A stretch of DNA of 64,000 nucleotides, taken from NCBI GenBank assembly GCA_965204725.1, contig OZ242005.1:4480001-4544000 (forward strand). Direction: 5' to 3'. Source of the DNA: Candidatus Latescibacterota bacterium. GTDB taxonomy: Bacteria > Latescibacterota > UBA2968 > UBA8231. How positions within the stretch are numbered: the stretch's first letter is position 1; every line of letters begins with the position of its first letter. Of this stretch, positions 8,531-16,291 are shown in pieces. Under the pieces are notes generated by a model, which worked only from the letters and a program-made list of their open reading frames with translations, searched no databases and had not been told where the DNA came from. Both the position numbers and the translations under genes were made by a program.

Positions 8531-9418
8531 GTGAAAAAACGCAGCCGCGAGCTCAACATCTTTAGCATGTCCGCGCTCGACCTGTTCGCATCGGCTCTCG
8601 GCGCCTTCATCCTCATTACCATCGTGCTGCTGCCCTTTTTTCCGAATCTAAGCCTATCGGGACAAGAAAAGGCCGAACTAGAGCAGGCCCAAGCCGAGTT
8701 GGCGCAGGCTCAGGCCGAGCTAGAAAAAGAGAAATCCAAGCAGGCCAAGCTGGCGAGAGAGAAGGCCAGACTAGAGCGAGAAAAAGCCAAGCTGGAGCAG
8801 GCCAAGGCCAAAGCTCCGAAAACAAAAAGTCAGCTCGAAAAACGGGTGGAGGCTTTGCAACAGGAGATCGACGACACCACCGTTTTATTGGGCATTAAGA
8901 CGAAGGCGAAAAAGTTCGCATTCGTCATAGACATGTCGGGCAGTATTTACCAGCCTGGGCAGAACGATTATCGCCCGTTCATAACCTTGTCCATCCAAGA
9001 CATGCTCGCGGCCTTTAAGTCGGAAATAGAGGTCTGTCTCATTGGGTTTCAAGGCTCGAATCCGTTGCGCTATTGGCCGCAAAACAGAGGGTACTTTCAA
9101 GTAAACAAGAATACGCGCAATCGCGTCGTCGAACAGGTAGAACGCTGGATGAGATTGGTGAACGGCGGCACGCCCACACGCGCCGCTTTGCTAGCGGCGA
9201 TTGCATTGCACCCCGAAGAGATCATCCTGTTGAGCGATGGTGCCCCCTCAGAGGATTGGGACATGGTCGTGCGGGCTGTAACCGCGGCGAATAGTCGGAG
9301 AATACCCATCCACGCCGTAGCCGTCGGCCATTACACGGCGGACCGGAACTTTATTGACTTTCTGGTGCAGCTAACTAAGCGGAACAAGGGGTCTGTCGTG
9401 GGAGCTAAACCGGGTTGA
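8531..9418 (+). CDS. Membrane-anchored vWA-domain protein with MotB/ExbD-like Asp-containing TM
   Basis: KKRSRELNIFSMSALDLFASALGAFILI; coiled coil; MIDAS DMSGS...GGTP...LSDG. Confidence 0.82.
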   Translation: MKKRSRELNIFSMSALDLFASALGAFILITIVLLPFFPNLSLSGQEKAELEQAQAELAQAQAELEKEKSKQAKLAREKARLEREKAKLEQAKAKAPKTKSQLEKRVEALQQEIDDTTVLLGIKTKAKKFAFVIDMSGSIYQPGQNDYRPFITLSIQDMLAAFKSEIEVCLIGFQGSNPLRYWPQNRGYFQVNKNTRNRVVEQVERWMRLVNGGTPTRAALLAAIALHPEEIILLSDGAPSEDWDMVVRAVTAANSRRIPIHAVAVGHYTADRNFIDFLVQLTKRNKGSVVGAKPG

Positions 9419-9536
9419 TATAGCAAGCAATTCTACATCATTCAGGACTGGATTCCCGCCCCGTGTCGGGGCACGGGGTGACGTTCTTTCGCGGGAATGA
9501 CGCCTCATAAACAAAAAGACGGTGCCGATGAACATT
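9419..9536. mobile_element. MITE-like element with nested REP (family of 51668-51786), one end truncated
   Basis: Starts TATAGCAA; aligns in reverse to ~51700-51786; REP at 9448-9501 carries an extra inner hairpin. Confidence 0.7.
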
Positions 9537-9905
9537 ATGAACAAATCGAGTTTTTCCGTGTATCGAATCGGGCGCGGCTCGGGTGTGGACATTCGGCTGG
9601 ACGATGATTCGGTCTCGCGCGTCCACGCCGAGCTTATTGCGACGCAAAGCGGCTCGTACTATCTCACGGATTGCGCCAGCAGCCGGGGGAGTTACGTGGC
9701 GCGCAACGGCGAGTGGTGCCGCATCCGGCAGGAATTCATAAGCCCGACCGACGCGCTTTTACTCGGTCACTATCAGACGACCGCCCCTGCACTCGTCGCA
9801 CTGGCGGCGCAAAAGGTACGCCGTTCAGGAGGCGGGGCATCCCTGCCCGAAGGGCTGGTGCGGCGCAACGCAGAAACGGGCGAGATCATGGGCGAGGAGA
9901 ACTGA
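9537..9905 (+). CDS. FHA-domain protein
   Basis: IGRG...DDDSVSRVHAEL...LTDCASSRGS; start codon uncertain. Confidence 0.82.
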   Translation: MNKSSFSVYRIGRGSGVDIRLDDDSVSRVHAELIATQSGSYYLTDCASSRGSYVARNGEWCRIRQEFISPTDALLLGHYQTTAPALVALAAQKVRRSGGGASLPEGLVRRNAETGEIMGEEN

Positions 9906-9906
9906 C

Positions 9907-10692
9907 ATGGCAACAGGGCAAGGGGCCGAGCTGGAGCAACGCCTCAAAGCAAGCGGCGTCAGCCTCATTGGAGGCGTCGTATCCATCGCGATTATGAGCC
10001 TTATTTTCGCGCATCCCGATTCGGCGGCGGGCGCGTTCCTGCTCGACCGCCACACTGAGAATTTTCCCTACCCGTTTACGATCCAAAACGTCATGTGGCT
10101 CATGTTTTGGATTGGCTGCGGCGAACTCTGGGTGCGGTTTAACCAAGCCAAGCTGGAAATGGAGCAGATGTCGAAACGCTATCTGCCGGAAGACGATGAG
10201 GTCATGTTGCGGGCGCGAGATTTGGGGGCCTTTTATCAAAAGGTGCGGCCGAGGGCCGAGGAGCGTCCCTCCTTCTTACAACGTCTGATCGCGCGCTGCA
10301 TCTTGCAATTTCAGGGGAGCCGCTCGGTCAATCAGGCCAACTCGCTGCTGAATTCTTCCCTCGAATTATTCCAACACGAGCTCGAACTCAAATACGCGAT
10401 GTTGCGCTATCTCGTCTGGCTGATACCCACGTTGGGGTTTATTGGCACGGTGGTCGGCATTGCGTTTGCGCTGGATTATGCGGCCAACGTTGACGATCCC
10501 CAAGACCCGACCTTGCTGGCCGAGATCACGGGTCGGCTGGGCGTTGCGTTTTACACTACTTTGCTCGCGTTGGTTCAGTCGGCCCTCTTGGTGTTTGCGC
10601 TGCACATTGCCCAAGGCCGCGAAGAGATGGCCTTGAACCAATCCGGCCAATACTGTTTGGACAACCTAATCAACCGGCTTTACGAAAAGTAA
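9907..10692 (+). CDS. MotA/TolQ/ExbB proton-channel family protein
   Basis: IPTLGFIGTVVGI and LGVAFYTTLLAL signature helices plus N-terminal TMs. Confidence 0.88.
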   Translation: MATGQGAELEQRLKASGVSLIGGVVSIAIMSLIFAHPDSAAGAFLLDRHTENFPYPFTIQNVMWLMFWIGCGELWVRFNQAKLEMEQMSKRYLPEDDEVMLRARDLGAFYQKVRPRAEERPSFLQRLIARCILQFQGSRSVNQANSLLNSSLELFQHELELKYAMLRYLVWLIPTLGFIGTVVGIAFALDYAANVDDPQDPTLLAEITGRLGVAFYTTLLALVQSALLVFALHIAQGREEMALNQSGQYCLDNLINRLYEK

Positions 10693-10722
10693 GTGGCCGG
10701 ATAACCCCAATAGGAGGGCACT

Positions 10723-11418
10723 ATGCCTGTTTATCGCGGACCCGATGGCAAAATCATTGAAGAGAAAACCGATGCACGGAAAGAGGATACCAAACCAACA
10801 GACGTGGCCAATAGGCCGCTGCCGCCGGCCCCACAGGGCGGCGAGCAACCCGCTGGCGGCGGGCGTTTAGACGCGCCTACGCAGCGGATGGGTGAACGCC
10901 CGGCGCCAGCCGATGTCGGCGAAGAGGAAAGGGGCGAGAGCCAAGCGCCGGCCCGTGTCGGCGAGGAGGAAAGGACGCGCTTGGTGGGCGGGCGACCGCG
11001 GCGCGAAGACGAGGAGCGGCGGCAGGAGCGCGCCGTAGCGGATCGCGGCATGGACGATCCGGTTGTGGGGTGGTTGGTGGTGGTCGAGGGGCCGGGCAAG
11101 GGGCGGGCCGTGCCGCTAGGCTATGGGTCCAATTCGATTGGGCGCGGGGCCACCGACCGCATCAAGCTCGATTTTGGCGACGAGCAGATTTCGCGTAGCG
11201 GCCATGCCGTTGTCACGTATGACCCGCGCGGCCGGCAGTATTACGTGCAGCACGGCGGCGGCACCAACCTGACGTATCTCGGGGATCAGCCCGTGCTCGC
11301 TCCGACTGGGTTGCCGGCGCTGAGCCACATTAGCATCGGCCATACGGTGCTCCGGTTCGTGCCCCTGTGCGGTGCGGAGTTCGACTGGCAGGATACCGAA
11401 GGAAACGAGGCGCGATGA
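10723..11418 (+). CDS. FHA-domain protein with disordered Thr-containing N-terminus
   Basis: PVVGWLVVVEGPGKG...IGRG...DEQISRSGHA; SD GGAGGG. Confidence 0.85.
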   Translation: MPVYRGPDGKIIEEKTDARKEDTKPTDVANRPLPPAPQGGEQPAGGGRLDAPTQRMGERPAPADVGEEERGESQAPARVGEEERTRLVGGRPRREDEERRQERAVADRGMDDPVVGWLVVVEGPGKGRAVPLGYGSNSIGRGATDRIKLDFGDEQISRSGHAVVTYDPRGRQYYVQHGGGTNLTYLGDQPVLAPTGLPALSHISIGHTVLRFVPLCGAEFDWQDTEGNEAR

Positions 11419-12503
11419 ACGAATTAGACGGGCGTTTTGCCGCGCGGCAAATTCCCGGCCAACGGGATTATCAAGAGGATGATTACGGCCTGTTGGATGG
11501 CCGCGACCTCGGCTTGGATGGCCGCGAGCACTCCATGTTGTTGGTCGCTGACGGCATGGGCGGTCACGTGGGCGGCGCAACGGCCAGCGGCCTTTTGAGC
11601 AAGACCTTTGTCGAGGCGTATTCGCAGGCGACCGGCCCCATTGTCGATCGGCTCCGCACCTGCCTCGACGAGGCCAATGCCGCTCTGGCCTCCGCCATTG
11701 CCGAAAACCCCGAACTCGATAGCATGGGTTCGACTTTGGTCGCGGCGGTGGTTTCCGGCGAAGGGCTGAACTGGATCAGCGTGGGCGACTCGCCGTTGTG
11801 GTTGTTCCGCGGGGAGCAACTGGAGCGTCTGAATGCAGACCATTCTATGGCACCCGTTCTGGCCGACTTGGTGGCAACCGGGCGCATGACCGCTGAGGAA
11901 GCGGCTCAGGACTCAAGCCGACATTCGCTGCGGTCGGCGGTCATGGGCGACGACATCGCTATGATTGACGTGTCGTCGCAGCCGGTGACCGTGCAGCCGG
12001 GCGACCGGGTGCTCTTGGCGAGCGATGGGTTGATGACCCTCAGCGATCAAGAGATTTCGGCTATTCTCGTGCAAACGCAGGACGCGCCTTTGGAGGATAG
12101 CGTCGCAGCCCTTATCCAAGCGGTGGAAGCGGCCGACCATCCCCATCAGGACAACACGACCGTCCTGTTGTACGAACCGGCCGAGGGCACGGACACGGAG
12201 TTGGGCGCGGCGGCTCAGGGCGCGGGGGAAGCGGTGCAGGATAAGCCGCGTTCCAAACGCTGGGGCAGGGTCGGGCTGTTGGGGGTGTTGCTCTGCGTTG
12301 TCGTCGCATTGGGGGCGATGATTTATTGGTTTGAACAGCAGGGCGAATCGGTGCCTGTTGAGATGCAGGCCGCCCCGGCTGTTGAACCCGCTGAAGAGGC
12401 TGCACCGGCTTCTCAGGAGGAGGCGACAGAGGACAGCGAGAAAGCCGTGCTTGACGAGCCGCAAACAGAGAAAGAAGAACGCGTTGGGGCGGAGGAGGAG
12501 TAA
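11415..12503 (+). CDS. PP2C-family Ser/Thr phosphatase with C-terminal TM
   Basis: RDYQED, VADGMGG, GST, VGDS, ASDG, DNTT; ATGA overlap with the upstream gene. Confidence 0.92.
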   Translation: MNELDGRFAARQIPGQRDYQEDDYGLLDGRDLGLDGREHSMLLVADGMGGHVGGATASGLLSKTFVEAYSQATGPIVDRLRTCLDEANAALASAIAENPELDSMGSTLVAAVVSGEGLNWISVGDSPLWLFRGEQLERLNADHSMAPVLADLVATGRMTAEEAAQDSSRHSLRSAVMGDDIAMIDVSSQPVTVQPGDRVLLASDGLMTLSDQEISAILVQTQDAPLEDSVAALIQAVEAADHPHQDNTTVLLYEPAEGTDTELGAAAQGAGEAVQDKPRSKRWGRVGLLGVLLCVVVALGAMIYWFEQQGESVPVEMQAAPAVEPAEEAAPASQEEATEDSEKAVLDEPQTEKEERVGAEEE

Positions 12504-12548
12504 TGGGTTGCCCCAAGGACCGGCGATGTCCTTTGTCTTGGTACGCCA

Positions 12549-12671
12549 ATCGGATATATTTCTCCCGCTTACAGCCTCCTCCTCAGACGAAAGGCACGGA
12601 TGGCTGAATTTGATAGCGTTTCCAAGTTGCTTTTGAGCACCCATCCGCAAGGCTTTTTGGCCTTTCTACTC
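12549..12671 (+). pseudogene. Leader and 5' stub of an Rpn-family gene
   Basis: ATCGGATATATTTCTC...AGACGAAAGGCAC leader shared with 3201-3247; MAEFDSVSKLLLSTHPQGFLAF from ATG 12600 resembles Rpn N-termini. Confidence 0.55.
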
Positions 12672-12687
12672 AAGAATAGGAAAAATT

Positions 12688-14286
12688 ATGAGTGAGACAC
12701 AGCAGCATCGCTTGGCCCTGCCGCAGGGGACGCGCATTCGGGATTTTGAGTTTCATCGCGTCCTCGGCCACGGCGGCTTTGGTATTACCTATCTGGGATG
12801 GAACCTATCCTTGGATATTCCGGTGGCGATCAAGGAGTATCTGCCGGCCGACTTAGCTACCCGCGAACAAGACCTATCTGTCGTCCCGCAGACGTCGCAA
12901 GCGGCGGCCGATTTCCAATGGGGCTTGGAGCGGTTCGTGGACGAGGCCCGCACACTGGCGCGGTTCCAACATCCCAACATCGTCCGCGTCCATCAATACT
13001 TTGAAGCGCATAGTACGGCGTATATCGTGATGGACTATGTCGAGGGCGAGACCTTATCGGCGCATCTTGAACGCAAGGGGACGCTGAGCGAAGCGGAGCT
13101 TACGGGCATTCTGTATCCGCTGCTGAATGCCTTGGAGGTGGTGCATGGGGCGGACTTTCTGCATCGGGACATCAAGCCGGGCAACATCGTCCTGCGCGAT
13201 TCGGATAGTTCGCCGGTGTTGCTGGACTTTGGCGCGGCGCGTCAGGCTGTCGGGGCGAAGAGCCGGTCGGTAACGTCTATCGTGACGCCGGGGTATGCGC
13301 CGCTGGAGCAGTATTCAAGCCGGGTGCTTCAAGGGCCTTGGACGGACCTTTATGCGTTGGGGTGTGTGTGTTATCGGGCGTTGACTGGTCAGATTCCGGC
13401 AGATGCGACCGATAGGATGCGGGATGATCCGCTCGTTCCGGTTTCTCAGCGGTGTGCAGGTAGTGTGAGTGGTGCGCTTTTGTCGGCGATAGATTGGGCG
13501 TTGTCGGTGGATGAGCGGGCTCGTCCGCAGAGTGTGGGGACATGGCGGGCGGCGATGGAGGGGACGGCAGCGGCAGGGCAGCAAGCGCACCGCCGAGACG
13601 AGGAGAGGCACGGTACGGGAGACGAAATCGCTGATGCGCCGGTTGCTGCTCAGGCTGCCTCCAGAGTTAAAGACGCGAAGCGGTTAAACAGGTGGTTTAA
13701 GCTCCACTACATTTGCCTTGCTGCCGTCATACCACCGACTGCATTGTTTGCTGTCATCGCTGGGTTTTTAGAGTCGCAGGGGTTGAAGCCGGATGTCACA
13801 TTCGGACTACTTGGCATCATAGTCGCTATCGTTGATGTCGTGTTTTTGGTACTTACTATCGTGTTCGGTTTACGCATCCTACATAAGTTGTGGTCACTCA
13901 TCCCCACTCACAAAGCAAGGACGACACCGGGGAAAGCAATCGGATTTCTCTTCATACCGCTATTTAACCTCTACTGGAACTTCGTTGCAATTTACGGTCT
14001 CGCCAAAGCTCTCAATACCGAAACGGGTCGAAGATCCGTCAGTGAGGTAACCAGTTTTATTTATTGCTGCTCATTTTGGGTGTATCTGGTGGATCTTTTA
14101 TGGGCAATAACGAAAGAGAGTAAGAGGATGGGGGTGGGAGAATTTTTATGGGCGATAGTGGCAGGGCGAGAGGATCAGGCTTGGATAGTCTATATTGGAT
14201 ATATTGTCGGGTTTGTGCTCTGGTTCGTCATGCTAAGGCAAATGAAGAACGCTGGCAGACTCATCTTACAAGGGGACAAGGCGTAG
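12688..14286 (+). CDS. Ser/Thr kinase with multi-TM C-terminal domain (DUF4328/DUF4234-like) (K2)
   Basis: Intact kinase motifs; TPGKAIGFLFIPLFNLYW motif; about 5 TM helices; visibly lower-GC 3' half. Confidence 0.9.
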   Translation: MSETQQHRLALPQGTRIRDFEFHRVLGHGGFGITYLGWNLSLDIPVAIKEYLPADLATREQDLSVVPQTSQAAADFQWGLERFVDEARTLARFQHPNIVRVHQYFEAHSTAYIVMDYVEGETLSAHLERKGTLSEAELTGILYPLLNALEVVHGADFLHRDIKPGNIVLRDSDSSPVLLDFGAARQAVGAKSRSVTSIVTPGYAPLEQYSSRVLQGPWTDLYALGCVCYRALTGQIPADATDRMRDDPLVPVSQRCAGSVSGALLSAIDWALSVDERARPQSVGTWRAAMEGTAAAGQQAHRRDEERHGTGDEIADAPVAAQAASRVKDAKRLNRWFKLHYICLAAVIPPTALFAVIAGFLESQGLKPDVTFGLLGIIVAIVDVVFLVLTIVFGLRILHKLWSLIPTHKARTTPGKAIGFLFIPLFNLYWNFVAIYGLAKALNTETGRRSVSEVTSFIYCCSFWVYLVDLLWAITKESKRMGVGEFLWAIVAGREDQAWIVYIGYIVGFVLWFVMLRQMKNAGRLILQGDKA

Positions 14287-14305
14287 AAATCACATTGGAG
14301 ATGCT

Positions 14306-16105
14306 ATGAGCGAATCACCCCAACCGCTCAACGCCTTGCCGCAAGGTTATCGGCTGCAAGAATACGAACTGGTACGCGTGTTAGGTTTTGGCGGCTTCGG
14401 CATGACCTATTTGGGCTTTGACCACAACTTGGACAAGCCCGTCGCCATCAAGGAATATCTGCCATCGGACATTGCCACCCGCACTGCCGCCCGCAGCGTC
14501 TCCCCGCAAGCCAGCGAGTTTCGCGGCGATTTTCAATGGGGGCTGGAGCGGTTCGTGGACGAAGCTCGCACTTTAGCTCGCTTTGACCATCGCCACATCA
14601 TCAAGGTGCATCGTTTCTTTGAAGCGCATGGTACGGCGTATATCGTGATGGAATATGCCGAGGGCGAGACCTTATCGGCGCATCTTGAGCGCAAGGGGCC
14701 ACTGCAAGAAGCCGAACTCAAAGCGATTCTGTATCCGCTGCTGGATGGTTTAGAGGTGGTGCATGGGGCTGATTTTCTGCATCGGGACATCAAGCCGGGT
14801 AACATCGTCTTGCGGGATTCGGATGGTTCGCCGGTGTTGCTGGACTTTGGGGCAGCGCGGCAGGCGGTTGGGGCGAAGAGCCGGTCGGTAACGTCTATCG
14901 TGACGCCGGGGTATGCGCCGATTGAGCAGTATTCAAGCCGAGGACATCAGGGGGCGTGGACGGATATATATGCGTTGGGGGGCGTGTGCTATCGGGCGTT
15001 GACCGGGCAGGTGCCGGAGGACGCGACCGATAGAGTGCGGCATGATCCGCTCGTTCCGGTGGCGCAGCGGTGTGCGGGTCGGGCGAGTGCGTCGTTTTTG
15101 TCGGCGGTGGATTGGGCGTTGTCGGTGGACGAGGGGGATCGTCCGCAGCGTGTGGGGGCGTGGCGGGAGGCGATGGAGGGGGCGGCGGCAGAGGAGGTGG
15201 TGGTGGACGAGACTAGCGTAAGGCGGGTGGAGCAGGATGCGCCGCCACTGGAGAGGCCGAATAAGACCCGATTTAAGTGGCTTGCTGTCTTGGGCGCGGT
15301 TGCTCTCTTGGGTGGGGGCGTAATATATGTTGAGCATGCTGCCGAGCAGCGGCGGGAACAGGCGGCGTTAGAAAAGCAGCGGCAGGAGCAAGCGGCGTTA
15401 GAAAAACAGCGGCGGGAGCAAGCGGCATTGGAAAAACAGCGGCGGGAACAGGCGGCGTTGGAGCGGCAGGAACAGGCATTTGTCGCCGAGGTGGGGCGCA
15501 AACCAGATCCGAGAGGGATATACGAGGGTGCGACTGATCTGTTCGTTGCAGTGAGCCTGAACCTGCCCGTGCTGGTCCGATCCCTGCTCACACAGGGCGC
15601 GGAGCTAAACGCCCAAGACAGTGACGGCTGGACGTCGCTGCACTACGCGGCGTATAATGATGCGTCTGCAGCGGCGAAGGTGCTGCTGGAAAACGGTGCC
15701 CAAGTAAACGCCCAAGACAACGAGGGCCTGACGCCGCTGTACTACGCGGCGTCTAATGATGCGTCTGTAACGGCGAAGGTGCTGCTGGAAAACGGTGCCC
15801 AAGTAAACGCCCAAGACAACAATGGCGCGACGCCGCTGCACTACGCAGCATATAATGATGCGTCTGTAACAGCGAAGGTGCTGCTGGAAAACGGTGCCCA
15901 AGTAAACGCCCAAGACAACAATGGCGCGACGCCGCTGCACTACGCAGCGTATAATGATGCGTCTGTAACAGCGAAGGTGCTGCTGGAAAACGGTGCCCAA
16001 GTAAACGCCCAAGACAACAATGGCGCGACGCCGCTGTCCGTGGCGATGGAGAAGAATGCGTTTGAGACCGCCGCGGTACTGCTCCTCTACGTTGGGCGAG
16101 AGTGA
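14306..16105 (+). CDS. Ser/Thr kinase-TM-coiled coil-ankyrin repeat protein (K3)
   Basis: Intact kinase motifs; TM WLAVLGAVALLGGGVIYV; QRREQAALEK x4; tandem ankyrins. Confidence 0.92.
   Translation: MSESPQPLNALPQGYRLQEYELVRVLGFGGFGMTYLGFDHNLDKPVAIKEYLPSDIATRTAARSVSPQASEFRGDFQWGLERFVDEARTLARFDHRHIIKVHRFFEAHGTAYIVMEYAEGETLSAHLERKGPLQEAELKAILYPLLDGLEVVHGADFLHRDIKPGNIVLRDSDGSPVLLDFGAARQAVGAKSRSVTSIVTPGYAPIEQYSSRGHQGAWTDIYALGGVCYRALTGQVPEDATDRVRHDPLVPVAQRCAGRASASFLSAVDWALSVDEGDRPQRVGAWREAMEGAAAEEVVVDETSVRRVEQDAPPLERPNKTRFKWLAVLGAVALLGGGVIYVEHAAEQRREQAALEKQRQEQAALEKQRREQAALEKQRREQAALERQEQAFVAEVGRKPDPRGIYEGATDLFVAVSLNLPVLVRSLLTQGAELNAQDSDGWTSLHYAAYNDASAAAKVLLENGAQVNAQDNEGLTPLYYAASNDASVTAKVLLENGAQVNAQDNNGATPLHYAAYNDASVTAKVLLENGAQVNAQDNNGATPLHYAAYNDASVTAKVLLENGAQVNAQDNNGATPLSVAMEKNAFETAAVLLLYVGRE
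15347..15466 (+). repeat. 30-bp tandem repeat x4 (QRREQAALEK)
   Basis: CAGCGGCGGGAACAGGCGGCGTTAGAAAAG-like units. Confidence 0.88.
15608..16036 (+). repeat. 99-bp tandem ankyrin repeats
   Basis: AACGCCCAAGACA recurs at 15608, 15707, 15806, 15905, 16004. Confidence 0.93.
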
Positions 16106-16121
16106 ACGGATCGAAGCGGCT

Positions 16122-16276
16122 ATGATCGAAGTCCCCCAACCTCTCAACGCCTCGCCCCAAGGCCCTCGGCTGCAAGAGCGCGTGTTGGGCTTTGGCGGCT
16201 TTGGCACGACCTATCGGGGCTTTGACCACAACTTGGATTTGTCGCCGAAGTGGGGCGCAACCCACATCCGCGAGGG
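16122..16276 (+). pseudogene. Internally deleted kinase-ankyrin gene remnant
   Basis: MIEVPQPLNASPQGPRLQE-RVLGFGGFGTTYRGFDHNLD joined to TTGTCGCCGAAGTGGGGCGCAACCCACATCCG, the pre-ankyrin linker of K1/K3. Confidence 0.8.
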
Positions 16277-16291
16277 AGGAACAGGAAACAG

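Noticed and set aside
8531-10692. Zorya, Tol-Pal, TonB or flagellar stator assignment
   Set aside because: No long ZorA tail, no OmpA-like PG-binding domain, and no ZorC/D/E, TonB/TolA or flagellar genes nearby
5568-12503. T6SS regulatory module (Fha/PpkA/PppA)
   Set aside because: No tss structural genes in the window; FHA domains are fused to proteases or stand alone
4117-16105. Diversity-generating retroelement (TR/VR) among kinase and ankyrin repeats
   Set aside because: No reverse transcriptase in the window, and differences are not confined to adenines
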